64,000 nt of DNA from an uncultured Gammaproteobacteria bacterium (GCA_963807455.1 CAWECS010000015.1:53424-117423); one strand, 5' to 3'; shown: positions 10,532 through 21,562, counted from the stretch's first letter. Numbers and translations: made by a program. Notes: generated from the sequence alone by a model not told the origin.

Positions 10532-11986
10532 ATGAAGAAATGTTTTACAGATACATTTAAATCCATGCAAAGGGATTTTGGTTATCCGAATTTACCGATC
10601 AGGCCATTCCATTCTAAAATTATGGTGCTTTCCAAGACCATAGACAGCCTTGCCATATTCGCCTGCCTGTGGATCTCCACTTATCTCTACAGTTTGTCCT
10701 GGGTAGAAGCCTACACCTGGTCTGCCGTGGCAGGCTTGCTTATTTTTCAATATTTGTCTGAGCATAATGAAGCTTACGAAGTATGGAGGGGATCGCCTAT
10801 TTGTGGTGAGGCCATTCGTATATTTGTGCTGTGGTTTTTTACCGCCATCATATTGTCATTGATTTTTCACCTGTCAGGTGATGTGCCGGTTTTTTATAGT
10901 AATGTTATTCTCATCTGGTTTTTGATTACGCCGGTGGTGATCACTCTGTTGCATTTGCTCAGGCGAAGATTCCTGATGTTGCTGCGAAGCAGAAATAAAA
11001 ATATCAGAAAAGTGGCAGTGCTCGGGGTTCGATCATTAGGCAAACAGGTGGCCAGCTCAATTCAGAGTATGCCATGGTTGGGTTATCAGTTTGTCGGTTA
11101 TTATGATGATCGTTCCGCGCAGGCAGGCCGACGTCTGGATGATACGGATATGAATGTCATTGGTGATTTTGATGACTTGATTAAAAATGCACGTTCCGGA
11201 CAAGTGGATGTGGTTTATGTCGTGCTGCCCATGAATGCTGAAAAGCGTATCAGTGAACTGGTGAGAAAGCTTGCTGATAGTACGGTATCTGTGTATATAG
11301 TCCCGGATTTTTTTATGTTCGGGCTATTGCATGCACGCTGGTCAACACTAAAAGGTATTCCGACGGTTAGTGTTTATGAAAGCCCGTTTTTTGGTCTGGA
11401 TGGTTTTACCAAAAGATTTGAAGATATAGTGCTCAGTCTGCTTATCCTGACAGTCATTGCGATCCCCATGTTGGTCATTGCCTTGCTGGTTAAATTTTCA
11501 TCACCGGGACCGGTGATATTTAAACAACGTCGCTATGGCATTCGAGGTGATGAAATCACGGTGTGGAAATTTCGAAGTATGCGTGTAAGCGAGAATGACG
11601 GCAAAATAGTGCAGGCGAAAAAGAATGACGCACGCGCCACACCCATTGGTGCATTCCTTAGACGCACATCGCTGGATGAGTTGCCGCAATTTATCAATGT
11701 GTTGCAAGGGCGCATGTCTGTTGTTGGTCCGCGTCCGCATGCGGTTTCACATAATGAAGAATACAGGCCTTTGATACAAGGCTATATGTTAAGACACAAG
11801 GTCAAGCCAGGTATTACCGGATGGGCGCAAATTAATGGCTTACGTGGAGAGACGGATACGCTGGATAAAATGGAGCAGCGCATAAAATACGATCTTGACT
11901 ATATTCGTAACTGGACACTATGGTTTGATATGCAAATCACCTTCATGACTGTATTCAAGGGTTTTATTGGTAAGAATGTATTTTAG
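10532..11986 (+). CDS. Polyprenyl-phosphate hexose-1-phosphate transferase (WcaJ/EpsB-like priming sugar transferase)
   Basis: 484 aa. N-terminal TM bundle and a central Rossmann-like region. C-terminal bacterial sugar transferase domain (KFSSPGPVIFKQRRYG ... KFRSM ... DELPQFINVLQGRMSVVGPRP). Confidence 0.85.
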   Translation: MKKCFTDTFKSMQRDFGYPNLPIRPFHSKIMVLSKTIDSLAIFACLWISTYLYSLSWVEAYTWSAVAGLLIFQYLSEHNEAYEVWRGSPICGEAIRIFVLWFFTAIILSLIFHLSGDVPVFYSNVILIWFLITPVVITLLHLLRRRFLMLLRSRNKNIRKVAVLGVRSLGKQVASSIQSMPWLGYQFVGYYDDRSAQAGRRLDDTDMNVIGDFDDLIKNARSGQVDVVYVVLPMNAEKRISELVRKLADSTVSVYIVPDFFMFGLLHARWSTLKGIPTVSVYESPFFGLDGFTKRFEDIVLSLLILTVIAIPMLVIALLVKFSSPGPVIFKQRRYGIRGDEITVWKFRSMRVSENDGKIVQAKKNDARATPIGAFLRRTSLDELPQFINVLQGRMSVVGPRPHAVSHNEEYRPLIQGYMLRHKVKPGITGWAQINGLRGETDTLDKMEQRIKYDLDYIRNWTLWFDMQITFMTVFKGFIGKNVF

Positions 11987-12141
11987 CTAACATTTAGCAT
12001 GCCAGCGGCGGACATCAGCTTATAGTCAATGCCAATGAGGCGAGTGCGTATCCGGGTGCTGTTTGCAGATGTAATGATAGTTTGCGTATCACAACGCGTT
12101 ATGTCTTCAGTCGGCCAGCTACTGTTGCTAATGCAAAGCGA

Positions 12142-13629
12142 TCAGGTAGCACCGCTGCCGCGCAGAACTGCTGGAATGGTCTTCAGTAATATTTTAAAAT
12201 CCAGGGATAGGGACCAGTTATCTATGTATTCCAGGTCGAGCTCCAGCCATTTTTCAAAAGGTAAATTACTCCGTCCAGATACCTGCCAGATGCAGGTAAT
12301 GCCAGGCCGCACACTAAAGCGTTTGCGCTGAATGCCCTTATCAAATAAATTCACATCCCTGATGGACATGGGTCGTGGGCCTACCAGGCTCATCTGACCA
12401 CGAATGACATTCAGCAGCTGTGGTAATTCATCCATGCTGGTTTTTCGGATAATTTTTCCGACGCGAGTAACACGCGGGTCATTCTTTATTTTAAAGATAG
12501 GGCCATCGGCTTCATTCAAATGCTCAAGGTCTTTAATTTTCTCATCAGCATCGACATGCATTGATCGAAATTTGAGTAAAGGAAACAGGCGTTTGCGCAA
12601 GCCGACCCGTCGTTGTACAAAAAACACGGGTCCAGGTGAATCGAGTTTGATGGCAATGGCAATCAGCAAGAAGATTGGCAAGATAAGCGGCATGGCAAGC
12701 AGCACCATGAACAGGTCAAAGATTCTTTTAATCATCAACTTGACTTCACTTTGTGCCACAGGCTCAAAGGTGAGAATGGGGATATCGCCAATTTGTACCA
12801 GGCGCATACGAGCAATGCGCAAATCGAACATATCTGCCATCCAGCGAAATTTAACACCTTCTTCTTCGCAGGCATTCACAATACCTTCAACATCACCGAT
12901 CATGGATCTGGGCACTGCCATTATTACTTCATCAATAACCTGATCGTTTAATATTTTACTAATACTGTCAACAGTCCCCAGCACAGGTGAGCCATCCAGT
13001 ATCTGTCCTGTTTTCTCAGGATCAGTATCGAGATAGCCAACAATATCAACGCCCCATTCCAGATGTTGTTTTAGTGTTCGCGACAGTTTTTGTGCGCGGT
13101 TACCGGTACCAATGATGATGACTTTGAGGTAGTTCTCTCCTTTTTGCGCAAAACGCAGAAAATACCACCAGTGCAGTGCGGCACGAACTCCAATAAGGGC
13201 GCCCAGCTCTAACACTGAAAAGGTGATGAGAACGCTGCGGCTGAGCATATCTACATTGAGTAAAAACAGGATAGTAAAGACTAAACCAAGACTAATGCTG
13301 AGCGCCTTGGTGACACGCCAGGCAAAAGAGGGCAGCGAAAGAATGCGTAATCCATGGTAGGCGCCAAAACGTAACAAAAAATATCCCAACGGTGCCCATA
13401 GCAACACAAACACAGCCAGATAATAATATAATGGTTGTTGTTCTGATTCGAAAAATCGGTGTGAGATCGAATAGGCAATAATTAATGAAAGCAGCGTTAA
13501 CAGGCTGTCGAGTAAAAATAGCAGTCTACCTATATATTGGGATTTTGCATCATACATGGGTTTTTTCAGTAATAGTTTGGTGTTCGTCAGTCCATTCAGA
13601 TTGGTCACCAGGCCTGCAAAACCCGTCAT
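12142..13629 (-). CDS. Second polyprenyl glycosylphosphotransferase (exopolysaccharide priming enzyme)
   Basis: 495 aa with the same architecture (KLDSPGPVFFVQRRVG ... KFRSM ... DELPQLLNVIRGQMSLVGPRP). Convergent with the previous gene. Confidence 0.85.
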   Translation of the reverse strand: MTGFAGLVTNLNGLTNTKLLLKKPMYDAKSQYIGRLLFLLDSLLTLLSLIIAYSISHRFFESEQQPLYYYLAVFVLLWAPLGYFLLRFGAYHGLRILSLPSFAWRVTKALSISLGLVFTILFLLNVDMLSRSVLITFSVLELGALIGVRAALHWWYFLRFAQKGENYLKVIIIGTGNRAQKLSRTLKQHLEWGVDIVGYLDTDPEKTGQILDGSPVLGTVDSISKILNDQVIDEVIMAVPRSMIGDVEGIVNACEEEGVKFRWMADMFDLRIARMRLVQIGDIPILTFEPVAQSEVKLMIKRIFDLFMVLLAMPLILPIFLLIAIAIKLDSPGPVFFVQRRVGLRKRLFPLLKFRSMHVDADEKIKDLEHLNEADGPIFKIKNDPRVTRVGKIIRKTSMDELPQLLNVIRGQMSLVGPRPMSIRDVNLFDKGIQRKRFSVRPGITCIWQVSGRSNLPFEKWLELDLEYIDNWSLSLDFKILLKTIPAVLRGSGAT

Positions 13630-13980
13630 AGTTGTCCGGGTCTACCCTTGCTTGCTCGGCCAATCTACTCCTATTAAAAGGCAAGTTTTTACTAATATAT
13701 TAATTTACACGCTTTTCTCCGTGACAACGATACCAGATTTATAAATTATTGAAAGTATAATAAATAATCCAGTATCGGTCGTTGTATCGGCAGCACCCTG
13801 GCCGAGTTGAGCCATAATTAACCATTGAACAGATCTTCATGAAGAGAATCTTGATTAGCCAGCCATCAAGCGGAGTTTGAGGGCTTGGTTTATGCTATTA
13901 AATTAGCAAATGTTTATAAACTTAACTGGGAAGGGGAGTGTCAGTAATGATCTGGCGCAACAAAATGGCTTGAAATCGTA

Positions 13981-15003
13981 CTAATCCATTTGCGAATTAA
14001 ATTCAAAGGCATCGGAAAATAGCTGTTTTTCATCAACACCCAGGCGTATGAATTCATCCCTTGCGGTATAAACCATGACCGGCGGCCCGCTCATGTAAAT
14101 ATCGCATTGTGTGAGATTCGCACAGTGTTTAATAACCGCTTCATGCACATAGCCAGTTTCGCCCTGCCAGTTATCTTCTGGCTGTGGTTCTGACAACACC
14201 GGGGTAAACTGAAACAGCGGGTGGCGACGTGTCCATTCAACAGGGAGTTCAGGCATATAAAGATCACGCAGGGAACGTACCCCCCAGAACAGGTGCATGG
14301 GCTTTTCCAGGCCAATATGAAAGGCATGTTCAAGCATGCCTTTCAAAGGCGCAAAGCCGGTCCCGCCACCCATTAGAATCATGGGTCGCGGTGAAGATTC
14401 GTTTAATGTAAAGCTACCCAGCGGTGCTTCAATCCTGAGGATTTCGCCGATTTTCATACGATCAAAAATGTATTGGGTATACTCACCACCATCGATATGG
14501 CGGATATGCAACTCAATAAAATCATCATCATGAGGTGCATTAGCGATAGAAAAGCTACGTCGTTCGCCACTTTCCTGCAGGATATCGAGATATTGACCAG
14601 CGAAAAACTGCATGCGGATATTCTCGGGCAGCTTCAGATAGACGCGCATGACGTCATGTGAGAGTTGTTCCAGCCGGGCCACCTTGGTTGGCATAGTCAT
14701 GATCTTGATCTGGTTAAGCTTTTCCACTTCATCTACAGCAATTTCCAGATCCGAGCAGGCATGCGCCTGACAGAACAGGGCATAGCCATGTTGTATCATT
14801 TCTTCGGTTAGTCCCTTGGGGGTTTGTTCATAACGTATTTTGCCTTTCAGTACCTTGCCTTTACAGGCGCCACAACGCCCACCACGACATCCATAAGGCA
14901 GACCAATGCCTGATTTCAGTGCGGATTCAAGGATAGTTTCACCCTCGGCAGTGCTAAATTCATGCCGTGTGGTTGGCAGCTTGACTTGATACTTCATGGA
15001 CAA
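13981..15003 (-). CDS. 2Fe-2S ferredoxin / FNR-type NAD(P)H-flavin oxidoreductase (AscD/Fre-like)
   Basis: N-terminal plant-type ferredoxin cysteines (CRGGRCGACKGKV ... C). FAD-binding RSFSIAN and NAD-binding GGTGFAPL motifs. Confidence 0.8.
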   Translation of the reverse strand: MSMKYQVKLPTTRHEFSTAEGETILESALKSGIGLPYGCRGGRCGACKGKVLKGKIRYEQTPKGLTEEMIQHGYALFCQAHACSDLEIAVDEVEKLNQIKIMTMPTKVARLEQLSHDVMRVYLKLPENIRMQFFAGQYLDILQESGERRSFSIANAPHDDDFIELHIRHIDGGEYTQYIFDRMKIGEILRIEAPLGSFTLNESSPRPMILMGGGTGFAPLKGMLEHAFHIGLEKPMHLFWGVRSLRDLYMPELPVEWTRRHPLFQFTPVLSEPQPEDNWQGETGYVHEAVIKHCANLTQCDIYMSGPPVMVYTARDEFIRLGVDEKQLFSDAFEFNSQMD

Positions 15004-15114
15004 CTATAAAAAGCAAAAACGGGTGTGCATTCTCTCTTAAATAATAGCCTATTAAAACCCTCAGGTTTTAGGGTTATTACCTGATTTTTATAGGGGATTG
15101 TAGAGTAATGGCGC

Positions 15115-15762
15115 TCAGGTGCTTTCTGGCAGGCTGCGTTTGCTGCGTATCCAGCGCGTCAGGGAGGCCCATTGTTCGAGGTCTTTGTAAACACTGGAGG
15201 GTGCCATCTCGAAAATACCAATGCCGGTCTCAGCTGAGCGGATGTAGTTTTGAGTATCTCGCAAGGTAGCAATAAACGGGATTTTCAGGCTTTTGAGGAA
15301 TTTTTCCAATGCATGGTACACACGAGTATTCTCACGTACCCGATTGGCAATGACGGCAATCCGGGTTTGCTTGCGTGAAACCTTGCCCTGTAACAGCAAA
15401 TCATGGATAAAGTGAGTGGCAGCCCGGATATCAATGGGTGATGGCAGTACCGGTATTAAAATAGTCTCTGCTCGACGCACCATGGCAGTCATATCTTTGC
15501 CATATACAGCAGCCGGAGCATCAATAATGACAATATCGGTATTTTTGGGTGCGCGGGCTTTATCTTCCCAGGCTTTTATACCTTTGATTTCTGGATAATT
15601 TTCTGGTCTCGCTTGTAGCCATTCCGAACTGGAGCCTTGTGGGTCAAAATCCTCCACCAGCACATTCAATTCCAGTTCATAGGCAAAATAGCTGGCCAGA
15701 TTAGTCGCAATGGTTGACTTGCCGCAACCGCCTTTGGAATTGAGTACCATGATCGTGCGCAT
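15115..15762 (-). CDS. Orphan ParA/MinD-family ATPase
   Basis: 215 aa with a deviant Walker A (NSKGGCGKST). No ParB-like partner is nearby. Confidence 0.75.
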   Translation of the reverse strand: MRTIMVLNSKGGCGKSTIATNLASYFAYELELNVLVEDFDPQGSSSEWLQARPENYPEIKGIKAWEDKARAPKNTDIVIIDAPAAVYGKDMTAMVRRAETILIPVLPSPIDIRAATHFIHDLLLQGKVSRKQTRIAVIANRVRENTRVYHALEKFLKSLKIPFIATLRDTQNYIRSAETGIGIFEMAPSSVYKDLEQWASLTRWIRSKRSLPEST

Positions 15763-15839
15763 GATCCACCCTTATTTTATTATTGTTGATGAATAGTCCA
15801 TACCTTAGCACTATCAACAGGTATTTCTCAACGCTCTAG

Positions 15840-17321
15840 TCATTCATTGCTGTCATCAATAATCCCGAGAGAATCCCACATTTGATCAACGCGCTGCTTA
15901 ATTTCTTCTGACATTTCAATGGGATGTCCCCATTCGCGTGTGGTCTCGCCGGGCCACTTGTTGGTGGCATCAAAGCCTGCCTTGCTACCCAGGCCGGATA
16001 CAGGTGAGGCAAAATCCAGGTAATCAATGGGTGTGTTTTCAATCAGGGTGGTATCACGTGCAGGATCCATGCGTGTCGTCATGGCCCAGATAACATCCTT
16101 CCAGTCACGCACGTTCACATCATTATCGACGACAATGACGAATTTTGTATACATAAACTGTCTAAGAAACGACCAGACGCCCATCATAATGCGTTTCGCA
16201 TGGCCGGGGTACTGTTTGTTCATGCTCACTATCGCTACGCGGTAGGAGCAGCCTTCAGGCGGCAAATAAAAATCACAGATTTCAGGAAACTGTTTTTGTA
16301 GAATCGGCACAAACACTTCATTCAGCGCAACGCCCAGAATGGCAGGTTCATCCGGTGGCCGGCCAGTATAGGTACTATGATAAATCGGGTCCTTGCGGTG
16401 GGTGATGCGCTCAATGGTGAATACCGGGAAGCGTTCCACTTCATTATAGTAGCCAGTGTGATCGCCGAAGGGTCCTTCATCCGCCATATCGTCGGGGTAA
16501 ATATGCCCCTCGAGCACGAACTCGGCAGAAGCAGGGACTTGCAACTCACTGCCTTTGCATTTGACGACCTCGGTCTTGTCGCCGCGAAGTAATCCGGCAA
16601 AGCCATATTCTGACAATGAATCCGGCACCGGCGTCACGGCAGCAAGAATGGTGGCAGGATCAGCACCCAGTGCCACGGCAATAGGGAAGGGCTCTCCAGG
16701 ATGTTGCTTGCACCAGTCCCTGAAATCCAGTGCGCCACCGCGATGGGCAAGCCAGCGCATGATCACGCGATTTTTACCGATGACCTGCTGGCGATAAATG
16801 CCCAGATTTTGTCGTTCCTTTTCAGGTCCCCTGGTTACCACCAGTGCCCAGGTAATCAGTGGTGCTGCATCACCGGGCCAGCAGGTCTGGATCGGCAGGC
16901 GGGCAAGATCAACATCATCGCCTTCAATAATAAATTCCTGGCAAGGTGCTTTTTTTACCACTTTAGGCGCCATATTCAGCACTTGCTTAAACACCGGTAG
17001 CTTATCCCAGGCATCTTTCAGGCCTTTGGGCGGATCAGGTTCTTTTAAAAAGGCAAGCAATTTACCGACTTCACGTAATGCCGTGACCGAGTCTTCGCCC
17101 ATGCCCATGGCTACACGTTCGGGTGTGCCAAACAGGTTTGCAAGAACCGGCGTCGAGTGTCCCTTAGGGTTTTCGAATAACAACGCCGGACCCTCCGCCT
17201 TAAGTGTGCGGTCGCAAATTTCTGTTATTTCCAGCGCAGGATCGACTTCAGCCGTAATACGTTTGAGCAAACCTTTTTGTTCGAGTTGCTGGATAAAATC
17301 TCTCAAATCTCGATATTTCAT
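15840..17321 (-). CDS. ubiD: 4-hydroxy-3-polyprenylbenzoate decarboxylase
   Basis: 493 aa, full-length UbiD pattern ([14 protein letters not shown] ... NLGIYRQQV ... GGALDF ... HTGYYN). Confidence 0.95.
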   Translation of the reverse strand: MKYRDLRDFIQQLEQKGLLKRITAEVDPALEITEICDRTLKAEGPALLFENPKGHSTPVLANLFGTPERVAMGMGEDSVTALREVGKLLAFLKEPDPPKGLKDAWDKLPVFKQVLNMAPKVVKKAPCQEFIIEGDDVDLARLPIQTCWPGDAAPLITWALVVTRGPEKERQNLGIYRQQVIGKNRVIMRWLAHRGGALDFRDWCKQHPGEPFPIAVALGADPATILAAVTPVPDSLSEYGFAGLLRGDKTEVVKCKGSELQVPASAEFVLEGHIYPDDMADEGPFGDHTGYYNEVERFPVFTIERITHRKDPIYHSTYTGRPPDEPAILGVALNEVFVPILQKQFPEICDFYLPPEGCSYRVAIVSMNKQYPGHAKRIMMGVWSFLRQFMYTKFVIVVDNDVNVRDWKDVIWAMTTRMDPARDTTLIENTPIDYLDFASPVSGLGSKAGFDATNKWPGETTREWGHPIEMSEEIKQRVDQMWDSLGIIDDSNE

Positions 17322-17378
17322 GGCACACTAAAAACTGTTTCTGTTATTGTCTGGTTATTATGCACTATTTATTAACGT

Positions 17379-18461
17379 ATGATGAGTAAAACACTATATT
17401 GTGCGATATCCTCGCATGGCTTTGGCCATATTGCCCAATCTGCCCCGATACTCAATCGTCTGCACAGGCTTCGGCCGGACATCAAGATTATAATACAGTG
17501 TGAAAGCTTGAAAACTTTGCTGGATGAACTGTTTGATTTCCCATTTGTGCATATGCCCCACTCATCAGATTTTGGCATGATAATGAAAAGTGCGCTTGAA
17601 ATTGATGCGCAAGCCAGTCACCAGGCATATTTGCAAGTACATGATCATTGGCAGGAGTCAGTGCAAGCGCAAGCAAAAATCATCAAACGCTATCAGCCTG
17701 ATTTAATTTACTGCAATATCGCTTACCTGGTAAATGCTGCAGCGACAACACTGAATATTCCTGTCGTTAACCTATGTTCCCTGAACTGGTATCATATTTA
17801 TCGGGCTTACTGTGGTGAATTATCTGGAGCTACTAAGATAATGCAAGTTATGGTGCAAGCTTACAACGAAGCTCAAATATTTCTGGCACCAGAGCCCAGT
17901 ATGAGCATGCCTGAAATAGTGAATTTAAAACATATTGGCCCAGTCGCTCGCATTGGTAAACAGCGAGCAGAAGAAATTCGACATCAATATCATTTGTCCG
18001 CAGCCTCTCGACTGGTGCTGGTGTCTTATGGAGGAGTTGAATATCGCGTGGACTTTAATCGCTGGCCGCAAACTCAAGATATCTATTATCTTGTCAGTGA
18101 GAAACAATGTATTGAACGCGATGATTTTATTCACTATGAAAGCCTGCTCATGCCTTATATTGATATCCTCAGTTCTTGTGATGTCATCATCACCAAATCA
18201 GGTTATGGAACCTATGCTGAAGCTGCCTGCCATGGCATACCATTAATGTATACACGTCGTCCAGATTGGCCGGAAGATATTTATCTGGTTGAATGGCTAG
18301 AGAAAATGGCCAATTGCATTGAACTGACTAGTGAGGACTTGCAAAATGGAAATGTCGTCGAACCTATGCAGAAATTGCTAGGGCAGAAACAGCGACCCGC
18401 AGTAGAGCCCGATGGCATCATGCAAGCCGTTGATGCGCTTTTACATTATCTAAGTGATTGA
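17379..18461 (+). CDS. GT-B fold glycosyltransferase-like protein (GT1/GT28-like)
   Basis: N-terminal SSHGFGHIAQSAPILNRL resembles the glycine-rich loop of MGT/MurG-type GT-B enzymes. The C-terminal half has a KSGYGT-type nucleotide-sugar binding region. Function unknown. Confidence 0.45.
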   Translation: MMSKTLYCAISSHGFGHIAQSAPILNRLHRLRPDIKIIIQCESLKTLLDELFDFPFVHMPHSSDFGMIMKSALEIDAQASHQAYLQVHDHWQESVQAQAKIIKRYQPDLIYCNIAYLVNAAATTLNIPVVNLCSLNWYHIYRAYCGELSGATKIMQVMVQAYNEAQIFLAPEPSMSMPEIVNLKHIGPVARIGKQRAEEIRHQYHLSAASRLVLVSYGGVEYRVDFNRWPQTQDIYYLVSEKQCIERDDFIHYESLLMPYIDILSSCDVIITKSGYGTYAEAACHGIPLMYTRRPDWPEDIYLVEWLEKMANCIELTSEDLQNGNVVEPMQKLLGQKQRPAVEPDGIMQAVDALLHYLSD

Positions 18462-18871
18462 GGAGATGGCCAATGTATAAAGGATCATGTCTATGCGGTC
18501 AGGTGCGTTATGAAGTCGCAGGCTCCATAGATGATATTGTTTTTTGTCATTGCTCGCTCTGTCGCAAGGCGCAGGGGAGTGCGTTTGCTACCAATGGCAA
18601 TGTGGAAGCTAAGCACTTCCGGTTCATTCAGGGTTCAGATAATTTGACTCAATATGAATCTAATCCCGGGCATAGTAAATATTTTTGTACGACCTGTGGC
18701 TCGCCTGTCATGAGTTTAAATGAGCGTGTGCCCGATACGATCAGGATCAGGTTGGGTAGTATTGAATCAGATATTACAGAGCGACCGACATGCCATATAT
18801 TTACCGATTCAAAAGCGATCTGGGAAAACATCTGTGACGATTTGCCGCAGTATAAAGAATACAAAACCTGA
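18458..18871 (+). CDS. GFA-family (CENP-V/glutathione-dependent formaldehyde-activating-like) zinc protein
   Basis: CLCGQVRYEV ... CHCSLCRKAQGSAF ... FCTTCGS cysteine pattern. 4-bp overlap with the upstream gene. Confidence 0.8.
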   Translation: MRRWPMYKGSCLCGQVRYEVAGSIDDIVFCHCSLCRKAQGSAFATNGNVEAKHFRFIQGSDNLTQYESNPGHSKYFCTTCGSPVMSLNERVPDTIRIRLGSIESDITERPTCHIFTDSKAIWENICDDLPQYKEYKT

Positions 18872-18891
18872 TAAAATCAGCTTTCCATATA

Positions 18892-20013
18892 ATGGTGCTA
18901 GTGATGAGTAAAACGACGACAGAACCCTCCTTGATGTTGAATGAAGCCATGGATTTTATAAAGCCTGTGACCGGTTTTTTTGGCGAAAACCCGCTGGCTA
19001 TCGCCGGTATTGTATTGTTACTAGCTGTAGTAGTGGCCAGTGTGGCAGCAACAGTGGTTTCGCGTGTAGTGGGTCGACTGGCGGAACGCACCCGTTTTAA
19101 ATGGGATGACTTATTGATCGCAGCATTACGTCGACCGGTGTTCTGGACCCTGTTGTTAATCGGTTGTCGTATGGCTTTGTTGCCACTCAAACCTTCACAG
19201 GGTTTCAGTGATGTGTTTGAGTCAATCGTGGCCAGTATATTAATCGTTATGTGGTCACTATTTTTACTGAGAATTATCCGCATCCTGTTGCGAGCATTGA
19301 GTTCAACAGCGCGCCCACAATCCGTTATTCGCAAACAAACACTGCCCTTGTTTGAAAACATGGGCTTTATTCTCGTTATTGTCATTTCCATTTATATGAT
19401 CTTTCGGTCATGGAATGTCGATATGACAGCATGGCTGGCATCAGCGGGTATTGCCGGTATAGCGATTGGTTTTGCAGCTAAGGACACATTGGCCAATCTT
19501 TTTTCCGGAGTATTTATTCTTGCCGACACGCCTTACGAGCTTGGCGATTATGTTGTACTCGATAGTGGCGAGCGCGGCATGGTCACACACATCGGTATAC
19601 GCAGTACGCGCTTACTCACCCGAGATGATGTCGAAATAACCATACCTAATGCCATCATGGGTAACACCCGTATTACCAATGAATCCGGCGGCCCACATGA
19701 AAAGTTTCGTCTGCGTGTCAAAGTGGGTGTTGCCTATGGATCAGATATCGATCAGGTAAGGGACGTTCTGATGGAAATTGCATTGCAGGATCCATCAGTG
19801 TGTAAAACCCCGGAGCCGCGCGTACGCTTTCGTAATTTTGGTGGGTCAAGCCTGGATATCGAATTGCTGTGCTGGATAGAAAACCCGGAATTACGCGGAC
19901 GTGTGCTGGATGTACTCAATACCACTATTTACAAGCGCTTTAATAGTGAGGGTATTGAAATACCGTATTCCAAGCATGATATATTTATTAAAGAAATGCC
20001 AGGAGTAAAATAA
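18892..20013 (+). CDS. MscS-family mechanosensitive channel
   Basis: Several TM helices, then a conserved MscS core (ANLFSGVFILADTPYELGDYVVLDSGERGMVTHIGIRSTRL). Confidence 0.85.
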   Translation: MVLVMSKTTTEPSLMLNEAMDFIKPVTGFFGENPLAIAGIVLLLAVVVASVAATVVSRVVGRLAERTRFKWDDLLIAALRRPVFWTLLLIGCRMALLPLKPSQGFSDVFESIVASILIVMWSLFLLRIIRILLRALSSTARPQSVIRKQTLPLFENMGFILVIVISIYMIFRSWNVDMTAWLASAGIAGIAIGFAAKDTLANLFSGVFILADTPYELGDYVVLDSGERGMVTHIGIRSTRLLTRDDVEITIPNAIMGNTRITNESGGPHEKFRLRVKVGVAYGSDIDQVRDVLMEIALQDPSVCKTPEPRVRFRNFGGSSLDIELLCWIENPELRGRVLDVLNTTIYKRFNSEGIEIPYSKHDIFIKEMPGVK

Positions 20014-20070
20014 TAGACAGGGTCGTTATTTTTAAAATCACCGATTGATTATTACAGAGGTTCTCGTTAG

Positions 20071-21018
20071 ATGAAAAAAATACTGTTGCTGCTATTGTTG
20101 TCTCCTTTTTATTGTCAAGCATGGGAATTACCAGGACTGGGTAATTATCAGTTTGAAGCCGTGAATGAGCATGTCTATATTATGCATGGACCATTACAGG
20201 AGCCCAGTAAGCAAAATCAAGGTTTCATGAACAACCCCGGTATTATCATTACCCCAAAAGGTATTGTGCTGGTTGATCCTGGCAGTACCTATCAAGTTGG
20301 CAAGCAGGTGTTGGCGGAAATAAAGAAAGTAAGCGACAAACCTGTACTGGCGGTATTTAATTCGCATATACATGGCGATCACTGGCTCGGTAACCAGGCC
20401 GTGAAAGAGGCCTATCCTCAGGTGGAAATCTACGCACATCCGAAGATGATTGAACAGGCAAATTCCGGAGCGGGTATAGAATGGTTAAATATCATGCGCA
20501 CCCGCACAGAAGGCGTAAGCAAGGGCACAAAAATAGTGGCACCGGACAATGCTATTCAGCAAGGTGATGTGATTGTAGTTGATGGCCAACATTTCAAGGT
20601 TTACGCTTATGATCCGGCTCACACTAATACAGATGTACTGATTGAGCATGTCGAAAGCAAGACTTTGTTTATGGGAGATACTGGTTTTAATAAACGCATG
20701 GCGCGCTTTGATTCAAGCTCGAACATGCACGGCGCTATCAGCTTGCTGGAAACAGTGAAAACATTCGATATCACTACCTTTGTTCCAGGACATGGTAAAA
20801 GTGGTGAATTTAATGCAGCAGTCAAACCTTTTATGGATTACCTGACTCAATTACAAGCCATCGTCAGGAAAGGATTCGAGCAGGAGCTTGAGGATTATGA
20901 AATAAAAACTATTGCCCATAAAGAATTACAGGCATACCATGACTGGCCAGGCTTTGAAGAACAATTTGGCAAACATGTATTTAAAATGTTTCTGGAAATA
21001 CAGGCAATGACTTTATAA
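20071..21018 (+). CDS. Secreted metallo-beta-lactamase-fold hydrolase
   Basis: Signal peptide MKKILLLLLLSPFYCQA. HxHxDH motif (HIHGDHWLG) and a later PGHG. Confidence 0.8.
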   Translation: MKKILLLLLLSPFYCQAWELPGLGNYQFEAVNEHVYIMHGPLQEPSKQNQGFMNNPGIIITPKGIVLVDPGSTYQVGKQVLAEIKKVSDKPVLAVFNSHIHGDHWLGNQAVKEAYPQVEIYAHPKMIEQANSGAGIEWLNIMRTRTEGVSKGTKIVAPDNAIQQGDVIVVDGQHFKVYAYDPAHTNTDVLIEHVESKTLFMGDTGFNKRMARFDSSSNMHGAISLLETVKTFDITTFVPGHGKSGEFNAAVKPFMDYLTQLQAIVRKGFEQELEDYEIKTIAHKELQAYHDWPGFEEQFGKHVFKMFLEIQAMTL

Positions 21019-21034
21019 TCCGGCATTATCAGCC

Positions 21035-21562
21035 ATGAGTGTCATTTACAGTTTTCCACCAATAGCGTCAGCCGATGCGAATATACTGGTGTTGGGTTCC
21101 ATGCCGGGTAAGGCCTCATTAGAGGCAGGGCAATATTATGCACACCCGCGGAATAGCTTCTGGTTTATCATCGAACAATTATTTGCAACAAAAACTCCAG
21201 AAAATTATCAGCAAAAAAAGCAACTACTGATAAAAAATAATATCGCGGTATGGGATGTACTCAAGGCTTGTGTGCGAGATGGAAGCCTGGACGCAGCTAT
21301 TCAGCGTGACTCTATTGTCGCTAATGATTTCGAGAATTTTTTCAATCAACATAAAAAAATAAGCTGTGTTTTTTTTAATGGTGCTACTGCAGAAAAGGAA
21401 TTCATTAGACATGTTATGTCATTGCCGGGCGTGCAGTCACGACAACTATTATTCCACCGACTACCATCAACCAGTCCAGCACATGCGGCGATGAGCCGTG
21501 AACAAAAATTGTCTGCCTGGAAGATCATTGCAGAAAAAGCCAGACAGAGCGTGTTAGTTTGA
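21035..21562 (+). CDS. DNA-deoxyinosine (hypoxanthine) glycosylase, UDG family 6-like
   Basis: ILVLGSMPGKASL ... YYAHPRNSFW pattern typical of this small UDG-superfamily branch. Confidence 0.6.
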   Translation: MSVIYSFPPIASADANILVLGSMPGKASLEAGQYYAHPRNSFWFIIEQLFATKTPENYQQKKQLLIKNNIAVWDVLKACVRDGSLDAAIQRDSIVANDFENFFNQHKKISCVFFNGATAEKEFIRHVMSLPGVQSRQLLFHRLPSTSPAHAAMSREQKLSAWKIIAEKARQSVLV

